This document shows positions 18,427 to 28,216 of a DNA stretch of 64,000 nt, one piece after another (the stretch's first letter is position 1; each line of letters opens with the position of its first letter). Source of the DNA: Bacteroidales bacterium (GTDB taxonomy: Bacteria > Bacteroidota > Bacteroidia > Bacteroidales > G3-4614); assembly GCA_036656055.1 (NCBI GenBank), contig JAVVOY010000005.1, positions 6,610 to 70,609 of the forward strand, given 5' to 3'. Made by a program: the position numbers and the translations under genes. A model generated the notes under the pieces. That model was given only the letters and a program-made list of their open reading frames with translations. It ran no database searches and was not told the origin of the DNA.

Positions 18427-19594
18427 TATCCGAGGGAAATAATTTTGTTATAAGATCCTCCCATTGGCGCACGGTATTTCTCGGAGAAAAACGTTTGACG
18501 CTTTCATATCCGTTTTCTTGTATATTTCTGCGCATCATATCGTTTCTCATCAGTTCCGAGAGTTTTTGAACATACTCTCCGGTATTGAAAGGGGTAACCA
18601 GAACACCATTCTCATTCTGAGGAGATAGAATTTCTCTTACCCCTGCACTACAATCAAAAGCTATTGCAGCACAACCGAAAGACTGCGCATCGGCAAGCAC
18701 CAAACCCCACCCTTCGGAGGTAGATGTCAAACACAATATCTGCGCCTTTTGGTAATATAGAGCAGGATTTTTTGTGTAGCCACAAAATACAACCCTCTTA
18801 AGACCATATTTCGAGGCCATATTCATAAGCATTCCTTTATCCGGACCATCACCAACTATCATAAGTTTCCAATCAGGAAAAAGCGGCTCTACCTCTCTCC
18901 ATATCATAAGAAGCCAGTCAATATGTTTCTGTATATTTTCAAGTCTCCCGACAAATAACAACGTCTTATCCTTCTCAAAATATCCGTTAACACTATTCAT
19001 CGACGGATTTGTAAGAGTATGAAACTTTGTTGTTTCTCCGTCAAAGCCAAGTTCTTTGTTAAAAACACGACCATACTCATCACATAAAACCCCAAAAGCA
19101 TCAACATTACAGTATAAATTACGGTAACGATTTATTAATCTCTTTTTTGCTATTCCGGTTTTAAATTTGGGGTACCTCAGCAAATACCATTCAAGCCATT
19201 TGCCAAAAGATCTACCTGCTTTATAACGTCCATTTTCACATTTATATTCCAATTCCCAGAATGGAGAATGGTGGCTTACAAAAAGTATTTTAGCAGACGT
19301 TTCCCTTCGAAGAGAAGGTAAATATGAAGGTATAAAGTCAGGAAAAACAAGTACATCAATACACAACCCCTTTATCTTATCAGCTATAAAAGTAGAGTTC
19401 TTTTTATTTGAGACAGAATAAGGGAGCTTTATAAATTCCATTTCGCGAGCACTATCAGAAAGTTTCTCCTCGTGAAAGTTCCACACAAAGACAAAAACGC
19501 AGTAAGATAGCTTCTTAAAACATGTAGCCAAATCTACGGTTACCTGTTCTCCGCCCCCTTTAGGAAACTCCTCATGTATAAATGCAATATTCAT
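18413..19594 (-). CDS. Glycosyltransferase family 4
   Basis: GGGE, FVGRLENIQK, IVGDG and EGWGLVLADA motifs. Confidence 0.88.
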   Translation of the reverse strand: MNIAFIHEEFPKGGGEQVTVDLATCFKKLSYCVFVFVWNFHEEKLSDSAREMEFIKLPYSVSNKKNSTFIADKIKGLCIDVLVFPDFIPSYLPSLRRETSAKILFVSHHSPFWELEYKCENGRYKAGRSFGKWLEWYLLRYPKFKTGIAKKRLINRYRNLYCNVDAFGVLCDEYGRVFNKELGFDGETTKFHTLTNPSMNSVNGYFEKDKTLLFVGRLENIQKHIDWLLMIWREVEPLFPDWKLMIVGDGPDKGMLMNMASKYGLKRVVFCGYTKNPALYYQKAQILCLTSTSEGWGLVLADAQSFGCAAIAFDCSAGVREILSPQNENGVLVTPFNTGEYVQKLSELMRNDMMRRNIQENGYESVKRFSPRNTVRQWEDLITKLFPSDNEKV

Positions 19595-19624
19595 ATTTAT
19601 CTGAAAAAAGCGTCAATAGTATCA

Positions 19625-19632
19625 CAAATATA
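19625..19632 (-). promoter_or_regulatory. -7 promoter box TATATTTG for the GT4-GT4 pair
   Basis: Exact TAnnTTTG 30 nt upstream of the ATG at 19594. Confidence 0.55.
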
Positions 19633-19868
19633 ATCAATTTCCGAGTTACTTAATTCATAATACAAAGGCAGATGCAACAAAGAATTAGCAAAACTGTCGC
19701 AATTAGGCAACCCTCCCCCCGTATATTTATCTCTATAAAAATCACTTTTGTGTAAAAACACCATTTCAGGATATCTCTCCCGTTTTTACAGCCTCCAAAA
19801 TATATACAGTCTACTTTCCTGTTAAAAACAGTTTGTTAAAAGGAATCTCGTTTTGCATATATATTATA

Positions 19869-20705
19869 TTAATGTTTTATCCCCAAAAATCTTCTTATCC
19901 AAAACAACACCTTAATACACTTACGCGTATGATACTGCATCCACGATGAGTCCAGAAACTCCTTAGTCCTATTCCTGGTCAAGTATCCGAATGTACATTC
20001 CCTATCCTGTGCACTATTGAAAAGGCCTACAAAACAGTGATCGAAACTCTCTGACAAAAACTTCTTTTGCTCAGCAACAGTAATCCTTGATGTTTCAGGT
20101 TTAAGACTTAAGCCATAAGTATTAAAAAATGCAATATTTATATCTATATGTCTGAAAGAACACTGATTTATAATTATCTGTTTAACAAAAAACGCCCAGT
20201 CAGAAACAACCCTGAACTCTTCGTTATAAAGTCCGTCTGAGAACAGCCCCCTTTTTATAAATGAAGCCGGATGACCGATAGAATATATTAACAGATCAAT
20301 ATATTTAAGCTCACGTTTATAAATCTCGGGACATAGTGCTCCATCTTCAGAAACATAAGTGAAATCGCCATACACAATATCCTCCTCAAAAGGTATTGCA
20401 AAAACTTCTGCCAACACATCATCCGCAAGCCAATCTCCTCCGTTTATGAAAAGGAGATATTCTCCGGTAGCTTTTGCAATACCTTTATTCATTGCATTAT
20501 ATATCCCTTTGTCAGGTTCACTTATCCAATAGGCAAGGTTCTTCTCATATTTTTTTATAACCTCAACACTACCATCCTTTGAGCCTCCGTCTATTACGAT
20601 GTGCTCAAAATCCCTGAAAGACTGCTTTTCCCATATCGATTTCAAGGTCTTCTCTATTCCGGCAGCATCATTTAAATTTATCGTTATAATAGATAGCTTC
20701 GACAT
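19869..20705 (-). CDS. Glycosyltransferase family 2
   Basis: SIITINLN, IDGGSKD, SEPDKGIYNAMNKG and HPASFI motifs. Confidence 0.9.
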   Translation of the reverse strand: MSKLSIITINLNDAAGIEKTLKSIWEKQSFRDFEHIVIDGGSKDGSVEVIKKYEKNLAYWISEPDKGIYNAMNKGIAKATGEYLLFINGGDWLADDVLAEVFAIPFEEDIVYGDFTYVSEDGALCPEIYKRELKYIDLLIYSIGHPASFIKRGLFSDGLYNEEFRVVSDWAFFVKQIIINQCSFRHIDINIAFFNTYGLSLKPETSRITVAEQKKFLSESFDHCFVGLFNSAQDRECTFGYLTRNRTKEFLDSSWMQYHTRKCIKVLFWIRRFLGIKH

Positions 20706-20709
20706 AATA

Positions 20710-21990
20710 TCAACTGTTTAAAATCCTTTGTAATTGAATAAGCGGCGATATCTCTTCGCTCTTTTTTCTGAACATAGCGATGCAATTCTCTCCCATATTT
20801 TGCCCGTTATCAGACGATAGGTATTCTCCTATTTTAATCGCAAGTGCGTCAAAATCATATAGATCAGCGGTAAAGCCCGTCTCATTATCAACAATAAGAT
20901 CTTGTGCAACTCCTATATTAAACGCAGCAACCGGAGTTCCCACCGCAATTGATTGATTTACCATAAGAGGTCCCGAATCCTCAATAGAAGTACTTAAGAA
21001 AAGATCCGACATCTTATAAAGTTCCATCAGTTTATCAACAGGCACATATCCAAACCTTAAAACATCATATCCCATCTTGCCCAAAATACCCTCATCATTG
21101 TCACCGACAAGCACAAGAGTTACCCTTTTCTTAATATCCGAGAACCTCTCGCCCATAAGTATAAGCATACTTATAAGATAATCGTACCCCTTTCTGTTAT
21201 CCATAATATTAAAAGTCGTACACCCTATCATTACAAGTTTTCTATCAGCAGTTATATTATAGCTATCCCTTATCTCCTGCTTTGAAGCTGTCGGCAAAAC
21301 ATTTTCATTTATAGGGAAAAGTATCGGATAAGCCCTGCGTTCTCTGCCGAGTATTGATTTTTCCACCCTTCCGCAATCAGATGTCGTAGCCCAAAATTCC
21401 ATATCTTTAGGATATAGTGCCTCCTTCTTTTTCAGTATAAGAGCAGGGAAATCAGTCTTAATTCCGAATAACGGACAGTCATTACACCCAGTAACATACC
21501 CTTGGCAACCGAACGGGTAATGACATCCTCCGGTTATCACAGCATTATCCATCATTACGCTAACTATCTTAGCATCAGTCAAACGTTTAAGTTCAAACAA
21601 CATCTCCGGCGTAATAAAATTATGCGTCCAATGAATAAATATGATATCAGGTCTGAATCCGGCCTGACGCAATATACTCTTTGCTGATGCAACAGAGTTC
21701 TGGTCATCAAAAACAATAATGTCTTTAAACTTATTGTCACGCTTAAGATGTCTCCATCTGCGAGAAAGAATAGAGTACCTCTTTTTTCTTATCCTGTAAG
21801 CGATGTATGGAAAATACTTTTTTTTATAGTGTATAACCTCTTTGTTTTTATAATCAGTATCACGTACCAATAATCTGGAAAAGCATCCATTTGCCAGTAA
21901 ATAGTCATTAAATACTACTGAAGCAATACCCGCTCCTCCATGATCATAAGAGGAGATATTAAGTATCTTTACCCCACTGTCTAAAACCAT
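20710..21990 (-). CDS. Glycosyltransferase family 4 (WcaC-like)
   Basis: GGAGIA, TGGCHYP..C..CP Cys cluster, RKG and EDSGP motifs. Confidence 0.82.
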   Translation of the reverse strand: MVLDSGVKILNISSYDHGGAGIASVVFNDYLLANGCFSRLLVRDTDYKNKEVIHYKKKYFPYIAYRIRKKRYSILSRRWRHLKRDNKFKDIIVFDDQNSVASAKSILRQAGFRPDIIFIHWTHNFITPEMLFELKRLTDAKIVSVMMDNAVITGGCHYPFGCQGYVTGCNDCPLFGIKTDFPALILKKKEALYPKDMEFWATTSDCGRVEKSILGRERRAYPILFPINENVLPTASKQEIRDSYNITADRKLVMIGCTTFNIMDNRKGYDYLISMLILMGERFSDIKKRVTLVLVGDNDEGILGKMGYDVLRFGYVPVDKLMELYKMSDLFLSTSIEDSGPLMVNQSIAVGTPVAAFNIGVAQDLIVDNETGFTADLYDFDALAIKIGEYLSSDNGQNMGENCIAMFRKKSEEISPLIQLQRILNS

Positions 21991-22658
21991 AGATGATATA
22001 TATATGTGACTTTACTACGAATAAACCCATTTTTACTATAAAATGAGCATGCCTGCATATTATCATTCTGTGTAGCTACATTCAGCACCGTAGCACCACG
22101 GTCAAAAGCCGCCCTTTTACAACTTTCAATTAATTTTGTACCTATTCCGCGACCACCATAAACAGCGTCAACAGCTATCAGCCCTATATCAGCCGACAGA
22201 CCGTTAAGCGACAACGTTACAAAACCAACTATTTTACCATCAATCTTATACACAAAAACCTTATCAGCAAATGCGCCCGAAACAGAGTTGTCAACCCAAA
22301 GCGAATACATACGCCTAAAATTACCCTCTCCTATTCTTTTGTCCGCAAGAAAACGCGAATGCTCCCCACTCCTGAACGCAAGCAGATAAAGCTCCTCACA
22401 TGCCTCATTAACCTCTTCACAGAGCTCCAAACAAGCATCCTTAACTGACAAATCATAAGAGAAAACAACCTTCCCATCAAATAAATCACTTTCTAAACCC
22501 AAAAGTTCAGTTTCAGAAAAGAGATAAACAAGTTTAAATCCGACCGTTTTAGCCTCATCCAGAACAACAGCAACACCATCACTGTTGCAGTCCGATAGAA
22601 AAGCCCTGCCGACAGGCATATCAAAAAATGCCGAATCCCATAGCAACCTCTCTATCAT
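21981..22658 (-). CDS. GNAT acetyltransferase (WecD-like TDP-fucosamine acetyltransferase)
   Basis: LWDSAFF, SRFLAD, IGLIAV, GRGIG and VATQ..N..A..FY motifs. Confidence 0.8.
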   Translation of the reverse strand: MIERLLWDSAFFDMPVGRAFLSDCNSDGVAVVLDEAKTVGFKLVYLFSETELLGLESDLFDGKVVFSYDLSVKDACLELCEEVNEACEELYLLAFRSGEHSRFLADKRIGEGNFRRMYSLWVDNSVSGAFADKVFVYKIDGKIVGFVTLSLNGLSADIGLIAVDAVYGGRGIGTKLIESCKRAAFDRGATVLNVATQNDNMQACSFYSKNGFIRSKVTYIYHLWF

Positions 22659-22672
22659 AACAATAAGACTAT

Positions 22673-24502
22673 TTAAAATTTCTGCATATCCACCAAACGT
22701 TTATAGTAACCGTTAAGTGTAATAAGATCATCATGGCATCCACTCTCCACTATCTCCCCTTCATGCATTACACATATAAGGTCAGCCCCTTTTATTGTAG
22801 ATAGGCGATGAGCAATAACAAGAGTAGTACGATTACGCATAAGGTTCTCAAGAGCCTCCTGCACAAGACGTTCACTCTCAGTATCAAGAGCAGAAGTAGC
22901 CTCATCAAGAATAAGTATAGGCGGATTCTTCATTATAGCGCGAGCAATACTTAATCGTTGTCGTTGTCCACCAGAGAGGCGGCATCCGCGATCCCCGATC
23001 GCGGTATCATACTGATCCTCAGTTGCCATTATAAAATCATGAGCATTAGCTATCTTAGCAGCCTCAATCACCTTTTCCTTTGTAACATTACCAACCCCAA
23101 AAGTTATATTATTGTAGAACGTATCATTAAAAAGGATAGCCTCCTGATTCACATTCCCCATAAGAGAGCGCAAATTTATAGGAGACATTTCACGTATATC
23201 AACCCCATCAATAAAAATGCCCCCTTTATTCACATCATAAAAACGAGGCAAAAGATCCGCCAAGGTTGATTTCCCCGATCCGGACTGTCCAACTAACGCT
23301 ACCGTCTGCCCCCTACCAATAGGGATACACACATCTTTTACCACAAAATCAGTTTTGTATTTAAACCATACATTGCGGAACTCTATCTTATCCTTAAGCT
23401 CAGTAATAACAACCGGATTAGCAGGAGCTTTTATAGGATTTACAGCATTAAGTATCTTATCCACCCGCTCCATAGACGCCAATCCTTTTTGCACAGAATA
23501 AGCCCCCTTAGTAAAATCCTTTGCCGGATTTATTATACTATAAAATATAACTAAATAATAAACAAACTCAGGAGCTGTAATCATTCCATTTCCGCTAAGA
23601 ATAAGCGAACCGCCATACCAGAGAACGACAGCAATAGTTGTCGTCCCCAGAAACTCGCTCATAGGGTGTGCCAGTGACTGCCTACGTGCAATACGGTTAG
23701 ACATTTTAAACAAAACGTTATTCGACTTAAAGAATCTCTCCTTAACCTTCTCCTCAGCATTAAAAGCCTTTATGATACGCAACCCGCCCAAAGTCTCATC
23801 TATCTGCGACATCAAAACGCCCCACTGTTGTTGCGCCTCCAATGATGCACGCTTAAGTTTTTTGCCTATCAAACCCATTATATACCCCGAAACAGGAAGC
23901 AAAACGAGTACAAATATAGTTAGCTGCCAACTAATTGCAAACATTGTAACAAGATACACGATAATCATGATCGGATTCTTAAAGAGCATATCCAAAGAAC
24001 TCATTATCGAATTCTCTATCTCCCCTACATCTCCTGTCATACGAGACATAATATCCCCCTTCTTCTCAACCGTAAAAAAGCCTATCGGAAGAGAAGTTAC
24101 TTTAGAGTACACATAATTACGAATATCCCTTACCACACCTGATCTTAACGGTATTATAAAATATCCGCTAAAATACGACGACATAGTTTTAAATAATGTC
24201 ATAACAATCAGCATTGCCCCTAAAATAAAGAGAGCCCACGACTGTCCATAATTATTTATTTGTTCAGTTACAAACCAGTAAAAATTATTGATGACAACAT
24301 CCTTCATATCACCCGATCCCCACTCCATAAACACATAATTCGCATCCTGCATCTTAAACAATATCTGCAAAATGGGCACAATCATTGCAAACGAAAACAG
24401 GCTTAATATAGTAGAGAGAATATTAAAAAACACATTAAGGAACAGATACTTTTTGTACGGAGGTACAAAACGCAACAACATTTTAAACAGTTCTTTGAGC
24501 AT
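22673..24502 (-). CDS. msbA: MsbA-like lipid A/LPS ABC exporter
   Basis: TM domain followed by GQSGSGKS, LSGGQRQR and LDEATSALD. Confidence 0.8.
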   Translation of the reverse strand: MLKELFKMLLRFVPPYKKYLFLNVFFNILSTILSLFSFAMIVPILQILFKMQDANYVFMEWGSGDMKDVVINNFYWFVTEQINNYGQSWALFILGAMLIVMTLFKTMSSYFSGYFIIPLRSGVVRDIRNYVYSKVTSLPIGFFTVEKKGDIMSRMTGDVGEIENSIMSSLDMLFKNPIMIIVYLVTMFAISWQLTIFVLVLLPVSGYIMGLIGKKLKRASLEAQQQWGVLMSQIDETLGGLRIIKAFNAEEKVKERFFKSNNVLFKMSNRIARRQSLAHPMSEFLGTTTIAVVLWYGGSLILSGNGMITAPEFVYYLVIFYSIINPAKDFTKGAYSVQKGLASMERVDKILNAVNPIKAPANPVVITELKDKIEFRNVWFKYKTDFVVKDVCIPIGRGQTVALVGQSGSGKSTLADLLPRFYDVNKGGIFIDGVDIREMSPINLRSLMGNVNQEAILFNDTFYNNITFGVGNVTKEKVIEAAKIANAHDFIMATEDQYDTAIGDRGCRLSGGQRQRLSIARAIMKNPPILILDEATSALDTESERLVQEALENLMRNRTTLVIAHRLSTIKGADLICVMHEGEIVESGCHDDLITLNGYYKRLVDMQKF

Positions 24503-24595
24503 ATAATATATTTATAACCATTACAATTCGTAAACAAAGACTCATTATAACATACTTCCAAAACAGAGAAAACAAACCTTTACGAATATTTGCAG

Positions 24596-24603
24596 CAAAG
24601 ATA
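24596..24603 (-). promoter_or_regulatory. -7 promoter box TATCTTTG for the msbA operon
   Basis: Exact TAnnTTTG followed by C, about 95 nt upstream of msbA. Confidence 0.5.
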
Positions 24604-24787
24604 GTCAGATATATTGGAATATCAGAAGATATTGCCTCCAAAAAACGGAGAGAGAAAACCATATATTTAAATTCCAAAACAAAGCTCTTCCGGTCCTTAT
24701 AACATTATAATACTTAAAAGTCTATCCTCAGAGTTCCACCAAAAACCACAGCAATTAATATTTATTGCACCAGAAACATATTATTAG

Positions 24788-24795
24788 TATTTTTG
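24788..24795 (+). promoter_or_regulatory. -7 promoter box TATTTTTG for the second GT2
   Basis: Exact TAnnTTTG followed by CA, 40 nt upstream of the ATG. Confidence 0.55.
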
Positions 24796-24835
24796 CACAA
24801 CCATTCTCTGCTTTATTTAAGACACAAGAACGCTT

Positions 24836-25666
24836 ATGACAAAGCTATCCATAATAACAGTAAATTTGAACAACTCCGCAGGATTGCGTAAAACGGTAGA
24901 GTCTATATGGCAAAAGCAGACATTTACCGATCTAGAACACATCATCATTGACGGGGCATCCAAAGACAACAGCAAAGATGTAATCAGAGAATATCAAGAC
25001 AAGATAACTTACTGGGTCAGCGAACCAGACTGCGGAATTTACAATGCAATGAATAAGGGCATAAGAAAGGCAACAGGAGAGTATCTGCTATTTCTTAATT
25101 CCGGAGACTGGCTTATTGACAATATTTTAACAAATGTGTTTGCCAACCCTTTTGACGAAGACATAGTCTGTTGCGATATAATTTATTGGTATCATAAAAA
25201 AAAGAGTAGACTTGTAACCTTTCCCGATAAAATTTTTCTGCCAAACTTAATCCTGCAATCTCTTGGACATCCGTCAACATTTATCCACAGAGAACTATTT
25301 AAAGACAACCCATACAGGGAAGATTACAAAATAATTTCCGACTGGGCATTTTGGATAGAAGAATTGATTATAAAAAACCGCTCATACCGACATATAAATA
25401 TCGCCACCACATATTACAATATGGATGGAGTTTCAGCAAAGGCCGAAAACCAGAAGTTAATACGCAGCGAACGCAGCAACTTTTTAACACAAACTTTCAG
25501 CCACAGACTAGATATCACAAGCATCCAACGCGACATAGAGGCTATTGATATAATATCAAAACATCAAAGCGAAGCACTTACAGAATCCGTATGGCTTCAG
25601 AGAAGTCTTAGACAGTACCTAAAGTTCCTGTTCAAGATAAAACAAATTTTTAAAATAAACCGATAA
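24836..25666 (+). CDS. Glycosyltransferase family 2 (paralog of 19869-20705)
   Basis: SIITVNLN, IDGASKD, SEPDCGIYNAMNKG and HPSTFI motifs. Confidence 0.9.
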   Translation: MTKLSIITVNLNNSAGLRKTVESIWQKQTFTDLEHIIIDGASKDNSKDVIREYQDKITYWVSEPDCGIYNAMNKGIRKATGEYLLFLNSGDWLIDNILTNVFANPFDEDIVCCDIIYWYHKKKSRLVTFPDKIFLPNLILQSLGHPSTFIHRELFKDNPYREDYKIISDWAFWIEELIIKNRSYRHINIATTYYNMDGVSAKAENQKLIRSERSNFLTQTFSHRLDITSIQRDIEAIDIISKHQSEALTESVWLQRSLRQYLKFLFKIKQIFKINR

Positions 25667-25689
25667 CACCAACCTATTACCAGCTTTCG

Positions 25690-25761
25690 TTATCAACAAT
25701 AACACCGACTTATTAACAATTTAGAAAGTTTACCACCATATAAAGAGAGATAAGTTGATAA
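25690..25761. promoter_or_regulatory. Cluster of DnaA-box-like 9-mers upstream of parA
   Basis: TTATCAACA at 25690, TTATTAACA at 25710, TTACCACCA at 25730, and TTATCAACT on the minus strand at 25753-25761. Confidence 0.4.
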
Positions 25762-25800
25762 AAGTTATTTATTTTGCTGTTTCGTATACTTATGAGTAAT

Positions 25801-26583
25801 ATGGGAAAAATTATAGCAATAGCAAATCAAAAAGGAGGGGTCGGAAAGACCACCACATCAATAAACCTCGCAACATCATTAGCAGCCCTAGACCGGAAAG
25901 TACTAATGGTAGATGCCGATCCACAGGCAAACGCAACATCAGGAATAGGACTCGACTCCAAAGAGACTAAGATAACTACATACGAATGCCTTATCGGCGA
26001 GAACAGCGCCAGCGAAGGAGTAACAGAATCCTGTGTCCGTAATCTATTCGTTCTCCCATCCAGAATAGACCTCGTAGGCGCAGAATTAGAACTTCTAAAC
26101 ATGGATAATCGCGAACGGATGCTTGAAAAACAACTCTCAGAAATAAAAGACGAATACGATTACATCCTCATAGACTGTTCCCCCTCATTAGGGCTTATAA
26201 CAGTCAACTCGCTCACCGCAGCCGGCAGCGTTATAATACCCGTCCAAGCAGAATATTTTGCATTAGAAGGGATCAGCAAGCTCCTTAATACGATAAAAAT
26301 AATAAAATCCAAGCTCAACCCCACACTCGAAATCGAAGGTTTTCTGCTTACAATGTACGATTCCCGTCTACGCCTTGCCAATCAAATATTAGACGAACTA
26401 AACCATCATTTTGGAGATATGGTATTTAAAACAGTTATACAACGCAACATAAAACTAAGCGAAGCCCCCAGCCACGGGCTACCCGTACTACTTTACGACC
26501 CAGACTCACGCGGATGCCTCAACTACATGCAATTAGCAAAAGAGATAATAGAAAAAGAACAAAAAACAGACAACGCACGATGA
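25801..26583 (+). CDS. parA: Chromosome partitioning ATPase ParA/Soj
   Basis: ANQKGGVGKTT, DADPQAN, IDCSPSLG and EAPSHG motifs; start 25801 or 25792. Confidence 0.96.
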   Translation: MGKIIAIANQKGGVGKTTTSINLATSLAALDRKVLMVDADPQANATSGIGLDSKETKITTYECLIGENSASEGVTESCVRNLFVLPSRIDLVGAELELLNMDNRERMLEKQLSEIKDEYDYILIDCSPSLGLITVNSLTAAGSVIIPVQAEYFALEGISKLLNTIKIIKSKLNPTLEIEGFLLTMYDSRLRLANQILDELNHHFGDMVFKTVIQRNIKLSEAPSHGLPVLLYDPDSRGCLNYMQLAKEIIEKEQKTDNAR

Positions 26584-27455
26584 TACACAAACGCAATGCA
26601 TTAGGAAGAGGTCTCGATGCCCTTATAACTATGGACAAGATAAAAACATCAGGGTCATCATCTATAAACGAAATACCCATAGAGCTTATCCGTCCCAACC
26701 CCGACCAACCACGCAGAGAATTTGATACAGAAGCACTCGAAGAGCTCGCCACCTCAATACGCGAACTCGGCATCATACAACCCGTATCACTGCGCCAGAT
26801 GGAAGACCGCACCTACCAGCTAATAGCCGGAGAACGACGTTACCGAGCCGCACGTCTTGCCGGTTTAAAAGAGATACCCGCATACATCCGCACCGTAGAA
26901 GACGAATCAATGGTAGAGATGGCACTTATAGAAAACATACAACGCGAAGACCTCAACGCCGTTGAAATAGCCCTCACCTTCCACAAACTGATAGAACAAT
27001 ACAACCTCACACAAGAACGCCTTAGCGAAAGAATAGGGAAAAAGCGCACAACAATAGCAAACTATCTCAGGCTTCTCAAACTCCCTGCCGAAATACAGAT
27101 GGGGTTAAAAAACAAAATAATAGACATGGGGCACGCCAGAGCCCTACTCTCAATAGATGATGCCGTCTTACAACTTAAAATATACGAGCAGATAAAAGAA
27201 AACAACTACTCCGTACGCAAAGTAGAAGAGTTGGCAAAAAATATATCCGGAGCCACAGCCGAACAACACCCTGATGTAATAAAAAACAAGAAAGAGACCA
27301 ACAAAACATTAGAAAGCGTAAAAAAGCAGCTATCAAGTTTTTTTGGCACAAAAATACAATTCACATGCGACGACAAAGGAAAAGGGAAAATAACCATTCC
27401 ATTTAAAGGAGAGACAGATTTAGAAAGAATTATGGCTATTTTCGACAAACTTTAG
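26580..27455 (+). CDS. parB: Chromosome partitioning protein ParB/Spo0J
   Basis: ALGRGLDAL, NPDQPR, AGERRYRA and ENIQREDL motifs; ATGA overlap with parA. Confidence 0.96.
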   Translation: MIHKRNALGRGLDALITMDKIKTSGSSSINEIPIELIRPNPDQPRREFDTEALEELATSIRELGIIQPVSLRQMEDRTYQLIAGERRYRAARLAGLKEIPAYIRTVEDESMVEMALIENIQREDLNAVEIALTFHKLIEQYNLTQERLSERIGKKRTTIANYLRLLKLPAEIQMGLKNKIIDMGHARALLSIDDAVLQLKIYEQIKENNYSVRKVEELAKNISGATAEQHPDVIKNKKETNKTLESVKKQLSSFFGTKIQFTCDDKGKGKITIPFKGETDLERIMAIFDKL

Positions 27456-27461
27456 ACTAAT

Positions 27462-28211
27462 TTGAAACCCATAAGAGACATATCAGCATATATCATTCGA
27501 GGAGCCCTCACAATGCTCCTCCTATCCACATCCATACTTATCCAAGCCCAGAACAGCGATAAAAAAGATCTCAGTTCCCCCGGCATCCCCATAGAAAACG
27601 ACACCTTAGAATTCACCACCGACAAAAACGATGTCAGATCATTCACAACCCAGCCCACTAAAGATATAAACAAAAGCAATACACAAAAAGCCGACACAGT
27701 CAAAATCTTCGTTCCCGACCCCATACGCGCAGTATGGTACTCCGCATTAGTACCGGGTCTCGGGCAAATATACAACCGCAAATACTGGAAACTCCCTATA
27801 CTCATAGGAGGATTCGTTGGGCTCGCATACGGAATATCCTTCAACAGTCGCTATTACACAGATTACTCCAACGCATACCGCGACATTTACAGCAACGACC
27901 CCAACGCAAACAGCTACATAAATTTCATCCCGTACAACTATCGGCACAACAAAGAGTGGATAGAGCAAAATAAAGAGTGGCTAAAAAACTCTATCAAACG
28001 CAAAAAAGACTTTTACCGTCGCAACCGCGACCTTTGCATAATAGGCATGTTCGGAATATACGCATTAGCCATAATAGACGCATACGTAGACGCACAACTC
28101 TACAACTTCGATATTACACCTGACGTATCCATGAAAATCACCCCGGCAGTATTAGAACCAACACTCTATTCACAATCCACGCTTGGATTACAATGCTCAA
28201 TAATATTCTAA
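27462..28211 (+). CDS. DUF5683-domain protein
   Basis: SALVPGLGQIYNRKYWKLP and IDAYVDAQL motifs; usual position after parB in Bacteroidetes. Confidence 0.85.
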   Translation: MKPIRDISAYIIRGALTMLLLSTSILIQAQNSDKKDLSSPGIPIENDTLEFTTDKNDVRSFTTQPTKDINKSNTQKADTVKIFVPDPIRAVWYSALVPGLGQIYNRKYWKLPILIGGFVGLAYGISFNSRYYTDYSNAYRDIYSNDPNANSYINFIPYNYRHNKEWIEQNKEWLKNSIKRKKDFYRRNRDLCIIGMFGIYALAIIDAYVDAQLYNFDITPDVSMKITPAVLEPTLYSQSTLGLQCSIIF

Positions 28212-28216
28212 AAGAT

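Noticed and set aside
25667-25800. oriC upstream of parA
   Set aside because: The spacer is only 134 nt, there is no visible skew inversion, and dnaA, gidA and parS are absent. Kept only as a possible DnaA regulatory site.
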